64,000 nt of DNA from positions 5,983-69,982 of the forward strand of contig CBFFSA010000044.1 of the NCBI GenBank assembly GCA_965644495.1, in the 5' to 3' direction. Within the stretch, counting starts at the first letter, position 1, and each line of letters starts with the position of its first letter. Origin of the DNA: Perkinsela sp. CCAP 1560/9. Lineage: Eukaryota; Protista; Euglenozoa: Kinetoplastea. The notes under the pieces were generated by a model, which was given only the letters and a program-made list of their open reading frames with translations, made no database searches and had not been told where the DNA came from. The position numbers were made by a program, and so were the translations under genes. Shown in pieces: positions 22,101-34,482 of this stretch.

Positions 22101-23434
22101 GCGTCGGCATCGGAAAGGAACGTCTTTGGACGTGGTCATAGGTGTTGTACAGACCGCTCTTAGGCTAGGGAAACATGGTGGGTCTATAGTGGGCGGTAAG
22201 CTAGATTCCTCTGGCGTCTCTGAAGGGTAGGCGGGGTCAGGAAGATCTGTTGTTGGTGATGGCTGTGTGGGAGGTGGGTCCGCCCCGTAGCATTGAATTG
22301 AATGGGCTTCCTTCTTGGTCAACACAAAATGTTTGTTGCACACCGTGCAAAGAAATCTGCCTTCACGTGCCCACCACTCTAGCGGTATGCCTTCGGCGTG
22401 TCGGGAGGCCACATGATTATAAAAAGCTTGCCATTTGCCGCCGTGGGATTGTGCGGACCACGCACATCCGTCTGCCGGACAGTACCGACGTTCCGGGAGG
22501 GGCGGGTCCCCCGCAGAATGAAGAGGTGGCACGACAGCTTCCGTTGCAGGACCAGCTAGAGTCACAGCGCGGTGAGGGTCGCATAGTACGGTCTCCTGAG
22601 TTGAGTCAGTCTCGTCGGTTGGGGATACAGGAATCAATAACTCAAAGCTAGGAGGATTGCTCAAGGTAACAGAGAACGTGGTGGGGGGGGCAGGTTGCGG
22701 TGAGACACAATTTCGTTTACGTGTGCAGAGGTTTAGCGTCACAGGGGGGTCATGACCTGGTGCGGCAACGTCCTTGGAACGAAGTGAAAGCAGACCACGC
22801 GTTTTCAATATAATGCTCCCGACCAGGCATGCGACTGTCCAAGTCACCGTGCATCCTAGGGCGAGGACGTTCCCTACAATAACGCTAGTGTACTTAAGTA
22901 TGAAGAAGACGATCGTCACCAGTACGTATGCAAACTGTATGTATGTGATGGGAACTGTCAATAGGCGCCTCCACTGCGCCGTGCGGGCTGGGGCGTGTGC
23001 ACGCTTACAGCACTGGTGTCTGCACGTCGACTTTACCTTGCAGCTGTGGTGGCACGGTTTCGTGGACAGATTTTCCTGCGTCGCGTGTGGCCGCGTGAAT
23101 TCCGTACCAGTGTTGAGATCGCGCTTGCAACAACTGTGTTTGCATGTCAGTTTGTTTTTACATATGTGTTTGCAAGGATTAGTGGAATCTTCGCGAGGGA
23201 GATCAGAAATTTTTACCGGTGAATCCGTCGGAGAAGTTTTTGCGTCGTGGGGATTTGGAAGCAAGGAATCCTTCAGGGGGCGGTTCTTATGTCCGCGGCA
23301 CAAAGGTAAGGGTGGTGTTTCAATGTGTTGGCCCGAGCGTATGGCTACGGAGCGAGTCAACGCGACCATTTGGAGAGGATTAGTAAATAAATCAACAAGG
23401 CAACAAGGTACAGAAACTGTATCTTTATCGTTAA

Positions 23435-23436
<2 letters not shown>
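19105..23436 (-). mobile_element. Family B copy 2, full length, SL 23401-23436 plus extra CCTTGTTG
   Basis: Near-identical to copy 1; polyadenylated early after GAACTCAT. Confidence 0.93.
19287..23369 (-). CDS. Family B polyprotein (1360 aa)
   Basis: Same protein as 14963-19045. Confidence 0.93.
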   Translation of the reverse strand: MVALTRSVAIRSGQHIETPPLPLCRGHKNRPLKDSLLPNPHDAKTSPTDSPVKISDLPREDSTNPCKHICKNKLTCKHSCCKRDLNTGTEFTRPHATQENLSTKPCHHSCKVKSTCRHQCCKRAHAPARTAQWRRLLTVPITYIQFAYVLVTIVFFILKYTSVIVGNVLALGCTVTWTVACLVGSIILKTRGLLSLRSKDVAAPGHDPPVTLNLCTRKRNCVSPQPAPPTTFSVTLSNPPSFELLIPVSPTDETDSTQETVLCDPHRAVTLAGPATEAVVPPLHSAGDPPLPERRYCPADGCAWSAQSHGGKWQAFYNHVASRHAEGIPLEWWAREGRFLCTVCNKHFVLTKKEAHSIQCYGADPPPTQPSPTTDLPDPAYPSETPEESSLPPTIDPPCFPSLRAVCTTPMTTSKDVPFRCRRQWATVLTATVATAERENTVAAWTRLAMLPKCVLPAPHRRGRKGNSSYASHVRKCLDRWEAHEYSALWKEAVLEHQKKRKQGSGAGTLLDEEKKAIRSELLVRQGEVSRGIAALTSAPMAPDNEETYNKLVTKHPSRLFGPLRQSAPSSNEIISLTVNEDDVRKAIQSFNRGSSGGTMALRAEHIQAALFAGTDTDVHPLESLTKLANHLLAGKAPVEAQQYYAGARLCALQKGQNDVRPIAAGETLRRMVSKAACSVVKSKASTLFQGRQYGVATASGSERVIHLCRQVVESTKNDPEFVLCKVDLRNAFNTVSRAAFISLSEKHFPELTPWINWCYSTDSALTYGSQTVASTEGVQQGDPLGPLLFSMVLREITELIENEVPSGLLLHLWYLDDGVLAGKSDSVRRALDAIACAGPQWGLHLNASKCEIISHPVSSRCTDSFTTIPARMKNHEGNFSILGSPVGSEEFCIEYLREFAIEPAEATLKAIGILEDPQVALTLIRHCAGFCQLVYSLRTTPPKYMVDLCQRLDNAVLRATELILCPLDAPARAQIQRDKRHGGFGLRSSVIHSSAAYVSSAAFAGSQDDWAPSEAKWFSEAVERVNRQAGKTLVDSTTGKIQEALIHKDYNASTNPLNAHHDHSLDAGMNEKLIIPRQKHLCREIGDREFSSAYEAADFNTRARLISQTGRGAASWAFVIPSKERGYSYTPTEFRALSRWWLGADIYPGTRPCPMGRCQQPLGPKGDHAVSCKCGHGIMTRHNALACQFVDFCSKAHLAPQREVSLGNRGPAGAPTRPGDVVLPSIGLGKSLVLDFAVTHVQQPKYADLVRNANGVTAGSFAESYATSHKQVQRRDAETAGHDFAAMVVGSYGSWSDSALAVLKKVGAWRSATSQGTMDRGTATANLIRDLNVTLMRAQARMMVARMAEDDPDPPLLLN

Positions 23437-23474
<38 letters not shown>

Positions 23475-26400
23475 AATTAATAGGGGGGAAGAGTATGAGT
23501 TCTAACTTTCTATGAATGTACGGTATCAGTTTTTTTTTTTTTTTTTTCAAATTTATCTCTATAAATCAATCTACAACAAATCACTCTATTTGACGAAACC
23601 AAACTAAAGAAAAGAAAAAGAAAAGAAAAATGCATCACCCTCTAATTCAGGAGCAGAGGTGGATCCGGGTCATCTTCTGCCATCCGCGCCACCATCATAC
23701 GAGCCTGAGCTCGCATTAAAGTGACATTCAAGTCACGGATGAGATTTGCCGTCGCCGTTCCCCTGTCCATCGTCCCTTGGGACGTAGCAGAGCGCCACGC
23801 TCCAACCTTCTTAAGCACAGCGAGGGCGCTGTCGGACCACGAGCCATAGGAGCCTACGACCATGGCCGCGAAGTCGTGCCCAGCAGTCTCGGCGTCCCGT
23901 CGCTGCACCTGCTTATGGCTTGTGGCATAGCTCTCGGCGAATGATCCCGCCGTCACCCCGTTAGCGTTACGGACGAGGTCCGCGTATTTGGGTTGCTGAA
24001 CGTGGGTAACGGCGAAATCAAGCACCAGAGACTTGCCTAAGCCAATGCTGGGCAAAACGACATCACCAGGCCTCGTGGGCGCTCCAGCGGGACCGCGATT
24101 GCCAAGACTTACCTCCCGTTGGGGGGCGAGGTGCGCCTTACTGCAGAAATCGACAAATTGACACGCCAGCGCGTTGTGGCGCGTCATGATGCCATGTCCA
24201 CACTTACAGGACACGGCATGGTCGCCTTTTGGTCCCAACGGTTGCTGACACCTCCCCATAGGACAGGGCCGCGTTCCGGGGTAAATGTCTGCTCCCAACC
24301 ACCAGCGGGACAAGGCGCGAAACTCAGTAGGAGTGTAAGAGTATCCTCTCTCCTTGGAGGGAATAACGAATGCCCAACTCGCGGCCCCTCTCCCAGTTTG
24401 CGAAATCAAACGTGCGCGTGTGTTGAAGTCTGCTGCCTCATATGCTGAAGAAAATTCCCGGTCGCCTATCTCGCGACAAAGGTGTTTCTGTCGCGGGATA
24501 ATCAGCTTTTCATTCATCCCGGCATCTAGGCTGTGATCATGGTGTGCATTGAGAGGGTTGGTTGATGCGTTATAATCTTTGTGGATTAGTGCCTCCTGTA
24601 TTTTGCCGGTTGTCGAATCCACCAAAGTCTTTCCCGCCTGGCGGTTAACACGCTCCACTGCCTCGGAAAACCATTTCGCCTCGGACGGTGCCCAGTCATC
24701 TTGAGAACCCGCAAAGGCTGCTGAAGAGACATAAGCTGCAGATGAATGTATAACGGAGGATCTTAGGCCAAAACCACCGTGTCTCTTGTCGCGTTGGATT
24801 TGTGCTCGTGCCGGGGCGTCTAGAGGACAGAGTATAAGCTCCGTAGCGCGGAGCACGGCGTTATCAAGCCTCTGACAGAGGTCTACCATGTATTTTGGTG
24901 GCGTTGTGCGGAGGGAGTAGACTAATTGGCAAAAGCCAGCGCAGTGGCGAATTAGCGTGAGGGCTACCTGTGGGTCTTCTAGTATGCCTATCGCCTTTAG
25001 AGTTGCTTCCGCAGGTTCGATCGCAAACTCACGTAGGTATTCAATACAGAACTCTTCTGACCCTACTGGGCTACCCAAAATGCTAAAGTTTCCTTCGTGA
25101 TTTTTCATTCTGGCTGGGATGGTAGTGAATGAGTCCGTGCAACGCGAGGATACCGGATGAGATATTATCTCGCATTTACTCGCATTAAGATGGAGCCCCC
25201 ACTGAGGTCCCGCACATGCTATAGCATCCAACGCCCTCCGTACGCTGTCGGATTTTCCGGCTAAAACACCGTCATCGAGATACCAAAGGTGCAAGAGGAG
25301 TCCGCTGGGCACTTCATTCTCGATCAGTTCAGTAATCTCTCGCAGAACCATGGAGAAAAGGAGGGGCCCTAAAGGGTCCCCCTGTTGAACTCCTTCGGTG
25401 GAGGCAACTGTTTGAGAACCATATGTGAGTGCGCTATCGGTGGAGTAGCACCAATTTATCCAAGGAGTCAACTCGGGGAAGTGCTTTTCTGATAGAGATA
25501 TGAACGCCGCCCTGGAAACCGTATTGAATGCGTTACGAAGGTCCACCTTGCATAAGACAAACTCTGGGTCATTCTTTGTGGACTCCACCACTTGGCGGCA
25601 GAGGTGGATAACCCTTTCGGAGCCAGATGCCGTTGCCACACCATATTGACGTCCTTGGAAAAGTGTGCTAGCTTTGGACTTTACAACAGAGCAGGCAGCC
25701 TTGCTGACCATGCGGCGCAACGTTTCCCCTGCTGCGATAGGTCTTACATCATTTTGCCCTTTCTGCAATGCACACAATCGAGCCCCTGCGTAATATTGTT
25801 GTGCTTCAACTGGAGCCTTACCGGCGAGTAGGTGATTGGCAAGCTTTGTGAGACTCTCGAGGGGATGAACATCCGTGTCAGTTCCAGCGAATAATGCCGC
25901 TTGTATGTGTTCCGCTCGTAGCGCCATGGTTCCACCTGAGGAGCCCCTGTTAAAGCTTTGGATCGCCTTTCGTACATCATCCTCATTGACAGTCAAGGAA
26001 ATGATTTCGTTGGAGGACGGTGCGCTTTGGCGTAGTGGACCGAACAGCCGGCTCGGGTGCTTGGTGACTAGTTTGTTATATGTCTCCTCATTGTCGGGTG
26101 CCATTGGCGCCGAAGTGAGTGCAGCTATTCCTCGAGAAACTTCTCCTTGACGGACCAGTAGTTCGGAGCGAATCGCTTTCTTTTCCTCATCCAGTAGTGT
26201 ACCTGCTCCGGATCCTTGCTTCCTCTTCTTCTGGTGTTCAAGTACAGCTTCTTTCCACAGGGCTGAATATTCGTGTGCTTCCCAGCGATCCAGACATTTC
26301 CGCACGTGGGAGGCGTACGAGCTATTTCCCTTTCGTCCTCTTCTATGCGGGGCTGGAAGGACACATTTCGGAAGCATCGCTAGTCGTGTCCATGCAGCGA

Positions 26401-27373
26401 CGGTGTTCTCCCTCTCGGCTGTTGCGACGGTGGCTGTTAGGACCGTAGCCCACTGGCGTCGGCATCGGAAAGGAACGTCTTTGGACGTGGTCATAGGTGT
26501 TGTACAGACCGCTCTTAGGCTAGGGAAACATGGTGGGTCTATAGTGGGCGGTAAGCTAGATTCCTCTGGCGTCTCTGAAGGGTACGCGGGGTCAGGAAGA
26601 TCTGTTGTTGGTGATGGCTGTGTGGGAGGTGGGTCCGCCCCGTAGCATTGAATTGAATGGGCTTCCTTCTTGGTCAACACAAAATGTTTGTTGCACACCG
26701 TGCAAAGAAATCTGCCTTCACGTGCCCACCACTCTAGCGGTATGCCTTCGGCGTGTCGGGAGGCCACATGATTATAAAAAGCTTGCCATTTGCCGCCGTG
26801 GGATTGTGCGGACCACGCACATCCGTCTGCCGGACAGTACCGACGTTCCGGGAGGGGCGGGTCCCCCGCAGAATGAAGAGGTGGCACGACAGCTTCCGTT
26901 GCAGGACCAGCTAGAGTCACAGCGCGGTGAGGGTCGCATAGTACGGTCTCCTGAGTTGAGTCAGTCTCGTCGGTTGGGGATACAGGAATCAATAACTCAA
27001 AGCTAGGAGGATTGCTCAAGGTAACAGAGAACGTGGTGGGGGGGGCAGGTTGCGGTGAGACACAATTTCGTTTACGTGTGCAGAGGTTTAGCGTCACAGG
27101 GGGGTCATGACCTGGTGCGGCAACGTCCTTGGAACGAAGTGAAAGCAGACCACGCGTTTTCAATATAATGCTCCCGACCAGGCATGCGACTGTCCAAGTC
27201 ACCGTGCATCCTAGGGCGAGGACGTTCCCTACAATAACGCTAGTGTACTTAAGTATGAAGAAGACGATCGTCACCAGTACGTATGCAAACTGTATGTATG
27301 TGATGGGAACTGTCAATAGGCGCCTCCACTGCGCCGTGCGGGCTGGGGCGTGTGCACGCTTACAGCACTGGTG
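23437..27373 (-). mobile_element. Family B copy 3, 5'-truncated (CDS part 23642-27373)
   Basis: Begins at HQCCKR directly after the upstream poly(A). Confidence 0.9.
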
Positions 27374-30149
27374 TTTTTTTTTTTTTTTTTTTATGAAACG
27401 CGGCATTGCCTCTATATTACCCAATACATGAACCATGAAGGTCCATTGGGGGGGGTATATGATTTGTAAACAAGCAATCAAATTTGCAATTTCACATGTT
27501 GTAGCCCAAAACTAGTAATTCAACCTGCCTTAAGTTATTTATGATTCTGATAACAATAATAATAAAAAAGGAAGCAATCCACGCCCAATCCATCCGCGCG
27601 TTCTGGACCGGGTCTTTCGACCTCTCCACGGCCTGACTTGTGGACCCTTCCCTTGTTATACGGGAGGGCGCAGGCGCGGGCCTGTGTCGACAGCGACACG
27701 GTCGCGAAACAGGATGCTGGCCGACGGGGAGGAGATTCACTACCCGTGTACTACCTCACTTGGGGTACCTAGCCCTGACGGACTAGGCGTGAGCATAGAC
27801 TCTGTCGACTCGACCAGCATCCGGGCCAGAGGTATGTGGCCCTGCGCATGGCGTCTTCACCATGCCCCTAAGCGCCTTCAAGGGGGGCGTTAGGGTCACT
27901 GACAACTATCCTGGAGACCATCATCCGAGCCTGGGAACGCATCAACGTGACATTAAGCTCTTTCAAAAGGATGTTTCGTGCCTGAGTGTCTGTTAAAAGA
28001 CCGTTCGACGCGTTGGCACGTAACGCTCCCACCTTCCACAGGACCGTCAAGGCACTTCTGCTCCATGAGCCGAAGGACTCAACAATCATCGCTGTGAACA
28101 GTAACTGAGCTGCTTCCGCTTCTTGGCGCTGCTTCCCTTTCGTTTCAGAGAAGTGTTCAGCAAAAGACCCCGCAGCCACCCAGCTAGCATTACGGACTGA
28201 GTCCAAATACTTCAATTGCTGTGCGTGGGTGACTGCGAAGTCTAGAACCATGCCACCTCCCAGTTCATAGTTGGGAAGAAAAACATCGCCTGGTCTGGTG
28301 AGTCCTCCTCCAGGTCCCCGATTTCCGAGACTTTTTTCCCTTTGCGGAGCCATATTGGCCTTGCTGCAGAAGGAGGTGAACTGTTGGCAGACCGCATTGT
28401 GGCGGGTGATGAGGCCGTGCCCGTTCTTACACATCAGAGCGTGTTCCCCATTTTTTAGGAGTGGTAAGTCACATCCTTTTGCTGGACAAGGTCGATCCTC
28501 TGGATAGACATCCATGCCCAACCACCAGCGGGATAAGGTACGGAACTCTGTGGGAGTGAAAGCGTATCCCTTGGTCCGCGAAGGAGTCACGAAAGCCCAG
28601 CTCCCGGCACCTTTTCCGGACTCTGATATCCATCTTGCACGTGTGCGGGGGTCAGCCTTCTCGTATGCAGTGTTAAATTCTTGCTGGGAAATGACTTGGC
28701 TGAGCTGTTGCTGTCTAGGGATAATCATCTCCGGTTCGGCCGTCTTCTCTGATCCCTTTTTATTCTGCGTCCGCCGAGGGCGTTTTGTTTGCGAGGACAA
28801 GCTATGACGTAGATCAGAATCTGTGCGAGGATTGTTTTGTTTGGGAGTGCGTCCTGTGCATGGGTCCACAAGCGCTGCGCCTGCTTTATCGTTTACGTCT
28901 TGCACGGAGGTAGTAAATCCTTGAGCTTCCAAGGGGTCCCAGTCGTCCATGTCGGCGGCATGAGCGACAGATGAAACGTATGCCGCCGTTGCGTGCAGTG
29001 TCGACGATCTGAGACCGAAGCCTCCGTGGCGCTTCCTGCGTAGTATTTGATCACGTGCGGGGGGGTCCAGGGGAAAAAGTGCCCGCTCTACAGCCGTCAT
29101 GACAGAGTCGTCTAGTAAAAAGCAAAGATGGGTAAGGGCCTGTGGGGGTGTAGTTCGGAGGGCGTATACCATCTGACAGAACCCCGTGCATTGACGGATT
29201 AGAGCACTGGCCACTTGGGGGTCTCCTATTAAACCTATGGCGGCTAGGGTCTCACGTGCTGGGTCGATGGCGTGCTGCATCAGGAACTCCGCGCAGTGCT
29301 CGTCCGACCCGATCGGGCTCCCAAGGATATCGAAGTTCCCGTCGTGCCGGATTTTCGCCTTTGGGATCTCGGGAAAAAGCGTTGTGAGATGAGCCGAGGC
29401 AGGTGGCGTTATGATTTCACTTTTCGCAGGATTCAAGAAAAGTCCGCACCGGGGGCCAACTTCCGAAAAAACGTCCACCGCCTTTCTGACCTCCACAGCC
29501 TCTCCCATAAGAACCCCATCGTCGAGGTACCACAGTTGCGAGTCAAGGTTTGATCGGGATGCTATCTCTTCCGTCACCTCAGAAAGCACTAGAGAGAATA
29601 AAAGTGGGCCTAAAGGATCACCTTGTTGCACGCCTTCGGCTGAAGAGATGAAATTGTTTCCATACGTGAGGCAACTCGGACTTGAGTAGCACCATTCTAC
29701 CCAGGGCGAAAGTTCCGGAAAATGTAGGCGCGTGAGAAGAGCGAAGACGGGTCTGCTGACGTTGTTAAAAGCGTTTCGCAGATCAACCTTGCAGAAAACC
29801 AGCTTGTCGCTCCCCATGTTGTTGAGCATAGTTTTCCGACAGAGATGAATCACTCGTTCGGACCCCGCAGATGCGGCAACACCGTATTGGCGTCCACGGA
29901 ATAACGTTCCCGCCTTCTCCTTTACGGCGAGGCATGCTGCCTTGCTTACTAGGCGCCTTAGGGTTTCGCCCGCCGCAATGGGACGTACGTCGTCTTCGCC
30001 TTTCTCCAGAGCACAAAGTCTAGCTCCTGCATAGGACTGCTGAACTTCAGGCGGCGCCTTTCCCTCGAGTAAGTGGTTCACGAGGCGTTTGAGAGCTGAG
30101 AGAGGACTTACGTTTTTGTCCTCGTGTTCCAAAATAGCCGACTGGAGAC
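27374..30149 (-). mobile_element. Family C2 element, 5'-truncated (CDS part 27868-30149)
   Basis: RT (GVQQGDPLGP, WYLDD) + RLE; structured 3'UTR ~27589-27821; poly(A) after GCCGCGTTTCAT. Confidence 0.9.
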
Positions 30150-33100
30150 TTTTTTTTTTTTTTTTTTTTTTTTAGGGGGGAAGAGTATGAGTTCTAACTT
30201 TCTATGAATGTACGGTATCAGTTTTTTTTTTTTTTTTTTTCAAATTTATCTCTATAAATCAATCTACAACAAATCACTCTATTTGACGAAACCAAACTAA
30301 AGAAAAGAAAAAGAAAAGAAAAATGCATCACCCTCTAATTCAGGAGCAGAGGTGGATCCGGGTCATCTTCTGCCATCCGCGCCACCATCATACGAGCCTG
30401 AGCTCGCATTAAAGTGACATTCAAGTCACGGATGAGATTTGCCGTCGCCGTTCCCCTGTCCATCGTCCCTTGGGACGTAGCAGAGCGCCACGCTCCAACC
30501 TTCTTAAGCACAGCGAGGGCGCTGTCGGACCACGAGCCATAGGAGCCTACGACCATGGCCGCGAAGTCGTGCCCAGCAGTCTCGGCGTCCCGTCGCTGCA
30601 CCTGCTTATGGCTTGTGGCATAGCTCTCGGCGAATGATCCCGCCGTCACCCCGTTAGCGTTACGGACGAGGTCCGCGTATTTGGGTTGCTGAACGTGGGT
30701 AACGGCGAAATCAAGCACCAGAGACTTGCCTAAGCCAATGCTGGGCAAAACGACATCACCAGGCCTCGTGGGCGCTCCAGCGGGACCGCGATTGCCAAGA
30801 CTTACCTCCCGTTGGGGGGCGAGGTGCGCCTTACTGCAGAAATCGACAAATTGACACGCCAGCGCGTTGTGGCGCGTCATGATGCCATGTCCACACTTAC
30901 AGGACACGGCATGGTCGCCTTTTGGTCCCAACGGTTGCTGACACCTCCCCATAGGACAGGGCCGCGTTCCGGGGTAAATGTCTGCTCCCAACCACCAGCG
31001 GGACAAGGCGCGAAACTCAGTAGGAGTGTAAGAGTATCCTCTCTCCTTGGAGGGAATAACGAATGCCCAACTCGCGGCCCCTCTCCCAGTTTGCGAAATC
31101 AAACGTGCGCGTGTGTTGAAGTCTGCTGCCTCATATGCTGAAGAAAATTCCCGGTCGCCTATCTCGCGACAAAGGTGTTTCTGTCGCGGGATAATCAGCT
31201 TTTCATTCATCCCGGCATCTAGGCTGTGATCATGGTGTGCATTGAGAGGGTTGGTTGATGCGTTATAATCTTTGTGGATTAGTGCCTCCTGTATTTTGCC
31301 GGTTGTCGAATCCACCAAAGTCTTTCCCGCCTGGCGGTTAACACGCTCCACTGCCTCGGAAAACCATTTCGCCTCGGACGGTGCCCAGTCATCTTGAGAA
31401 CCCGCAAAGGCTGCTGAAGAGACATAAGCTGCAGATGAATGTATAACGGAGGATCTTAGGCCAAAACCACCGTGTCTCTTGTCGCGTTGGATTTGTGCTC
31501 GTGCCGGGGCGTCTAGAGGACAGAGTATAAGCTCCGTAGCGCGGAGCACGGCGTTATCAAGCCTCTGACAGAGGTCTACCATGTATTTTGGTGGCGTTGT
31601 GCGGAGGGAGTAGACTAATTGGCAAAAGCCAGCGCAGTGGCGAATTAGCGTGAGGGCTACCTGTGGGTCTTCTAGTATGCCTATCGCCTTTAGAGTTGCT
31701 TCCGCAGGTTCGATCGCAAACTCACGTAGGTATTCAATACAGAACTCTTCTGACCCTACTGGGCTACCCAAAATGCTAAAGTTTCCTTCGTGATTTTTCA
31801 TTCTGGCTGGGATGGTAGTGAATGAGTCCGTGCAACGCGAGGATACCGGATGAGATATTATCTCGCATTTACTCGCATTAAGATGGAGCCCCCACTGAGG
31901 TCCCGCACATGCTATAGCATCCAACGCCCTCCGTACGCTGTCGGATTTTCCGGCTAAAACACCGTCATCGAGATACCAAAGGTGCAAGAGGAGTCCGCTG
32001 GGCACTTCATTCTCGATCAGTTCAGTAATCTCTCGCAGAACCATGGAGAAAAGGAGGGGCCCTAAAGGGTCCCCCTGTTGAACTCCTTCGGTGGAGGCAA
32101 CTGTTTGAGAACCATATGTGAGTGCGCTATCGGTGGAGTAGCACCAATTTATCCAAGGAGTCAACTCGGGGAAGTGCTTTTCTGATAGAGATATGAACGC
32201 CGCCCTGGAAACCGTATTGAATGCGTTACGAAGGTCCACCTTGCATAAGACAAACTCTGGGTCATTCTTTGTGGACTCCACCACTTGGCGGCAGAGGTGG
32301 ATAACCCTTTCGGAGCCAGATGCCGTTGCCACACCATATTGACGTCCTTGGAAAAGTGTGCTAGCTTTGGACTTTACAACAGAGCAGGCAGCCTTGCTGA
32401 CCATGCGGCGCAACGTTTCCCCTGCTGCGATAGGTCTTACATCATTTTGCCCTTTCTGCAATGCACACAATCGAGCCCCTGCGTAATATTGTTGTGCTTC
32501 AACTGGAGCCTTACCGGCGAGTAGGTGATTGGCAAGCTTTGTGAGACTCTCGAGGGGATGAACATCCGTGTCAGTTCCAGCGAATAATGCCGCTTGTATG
32601 TGTTCCGCTCGTAGCGCCATGGTTCCACCTGAGGAGCCCCTGTTAAAGCTTTGGATCGCCTTTCGTACATCATCCTCATTGACAGTCAAGGAAATGATTT
32701 CGTTGGAGGACGGTGCGCTTTGGCGTAGTGGACCGAACAGCCGGCTCGGGTGCTTGGTGACTAGTTTGTTATATGTCTCCTCATTGTCGGGTGCCATTGG
32801 CGCCGAAGTGAGTGCAGCTATTCCTCGAGAAACTTCTCCTTGACGGACCAGTAGTTCGGAGCGAATCGCTTTCTTTTCCTCATCCAGTAGTGTACCTGCT
32901 CCGGATCCTTGCTTCCTCTTCTTCTGGTGTTCAAGTACAGCTTCTTTCCACAGGGCTGAATATTCGTGTGCTTCCCAGCGATCCAGACATTTCCGCACGT
33001 GGGAGGCGTACGAGCTATTTCCCTTTCGTCCTCTTCTATGCGGGGCTGGAAGGACACATTTCGGAAGCATCGCTAGTCGTGTCCATGCAGCGACGGTGTT

Positions 33101-34482
33101 CTCCCTCTCGGCTGTTGCGACGGTGGCTGTTAGGACCGTAGCCCACTGGCGTCGGCATCGGAAAGGAACGTCTTTGGACGTGGTCATAGGTGTTGTACAG
33201 ACCGCTCTTAGGCTAGGGAAACATGGTGGGTCTATAGTGGGCGGTAAGCTAGATTCCTCTGGCGTCTCTGAAGGGTACGCGGGGTCAGGAAGATCTGTTG
33301 TTGGTGATGGCTGTGTGGGAGGTGGGTCCGCCCCGTAGCATTGAATTGAATGGGCTTCCTTCTTGGTCAACACAAAATGTTTGTTGCACACCGTGCAAAG
33401 AAATCTGCCTTCACGTGCCCACCACTCTAGCGGTATGCCTTCGGCGTGTCGGGAGGCCACATGATTATAAAAAGCTTGCCATTTGCCGCCGTGGGATTGT
33501 GCGGACCACGCACATCCGTCTGCCGGACAGTACCGACGTTCCGGGAGGGGCGGGTCCCCCGCAGAATGAAGAGGTGGCACGACAGCTTCCGTTGCAGGAC
33601 CAGCTAGAGTCACAGCGCGGTGAGGGTCGCATAGTACGGTCTCCTGAGTTGAGTCAGTCTCGTCGGTTGGGGATACAGGAATCAATAACTCAAAGCTAGG
33701 AGGATTGCTCAAGGTAACAGAGAACGTGGTGGGGGGGGCAGGTTGCGGTGAGACACAATTTCGTTTACGTGTGCAGAGGTTTAGCGTCACAGGGGGGTCA
33801 TGACCTGGTGCGGCAACGTCCTTGGAACGAAGTGAAAGCAGACCACGCGTTTTCAATATAATGCTCCCGACCAGGCATGCGACTGTCCAAGTCACCGTGC
33901 ATCCTAGGGCGAGGACGTTCCCTACAATAACGCTAGTGTACTTAAGTATGAAGAAGACGATCGTCACCAGTACGTATGCAAACTGTATGTATGTGATGGG
34001 AACTGTCAATAGGCGCCTCCACTGCGCCGTGCGGGCTGGGGCGTGTGCACGCTTACAGCACTGGTGTCTGCACGTCGACTTTACCTTGCAGCTGTGGTGG
34101 CACGGTTTCGTGGACAGATTTTCCTGCGTCGCGTGTGGCCGCGTGAATTCCGTACCAGTGTTGAGATCGCGCTTGCAACAACTGTGTTTGCATGTCAGTT
34201 TGTTTTTACATATGTGTTTGCAAGGATTAGTGGAATCTTCGCGAGGGAGATCAGAAATTTTTACCGGTGAATCCGTCGGAGAAGTTTTTGCGTCGTGGGG
34301 ATTTGGAAGCAAGGAATCCTTCAGGGGGCGGTTCTTATGTCCGCGGCACAAAGGTAAGGGTGGTGTTTCAATGTGTTGGCCCGAGCGTATGGCTACGGAG
34401 CGAGTCAACGCGACCATTTGGAGAGGATTAGTAAATAAATCAACAAGGCAACAAGGTACAGAAACTGTATCTTTATCGTTAA

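Noticed and set aside
27374-27481. N-terminal extensions with poly-K or poly-F in the ORF track (also 14797, 42334, 7355, 4949)
   Set aside because: Artefacts of reading through poly(A) junctions into neighbouring elements
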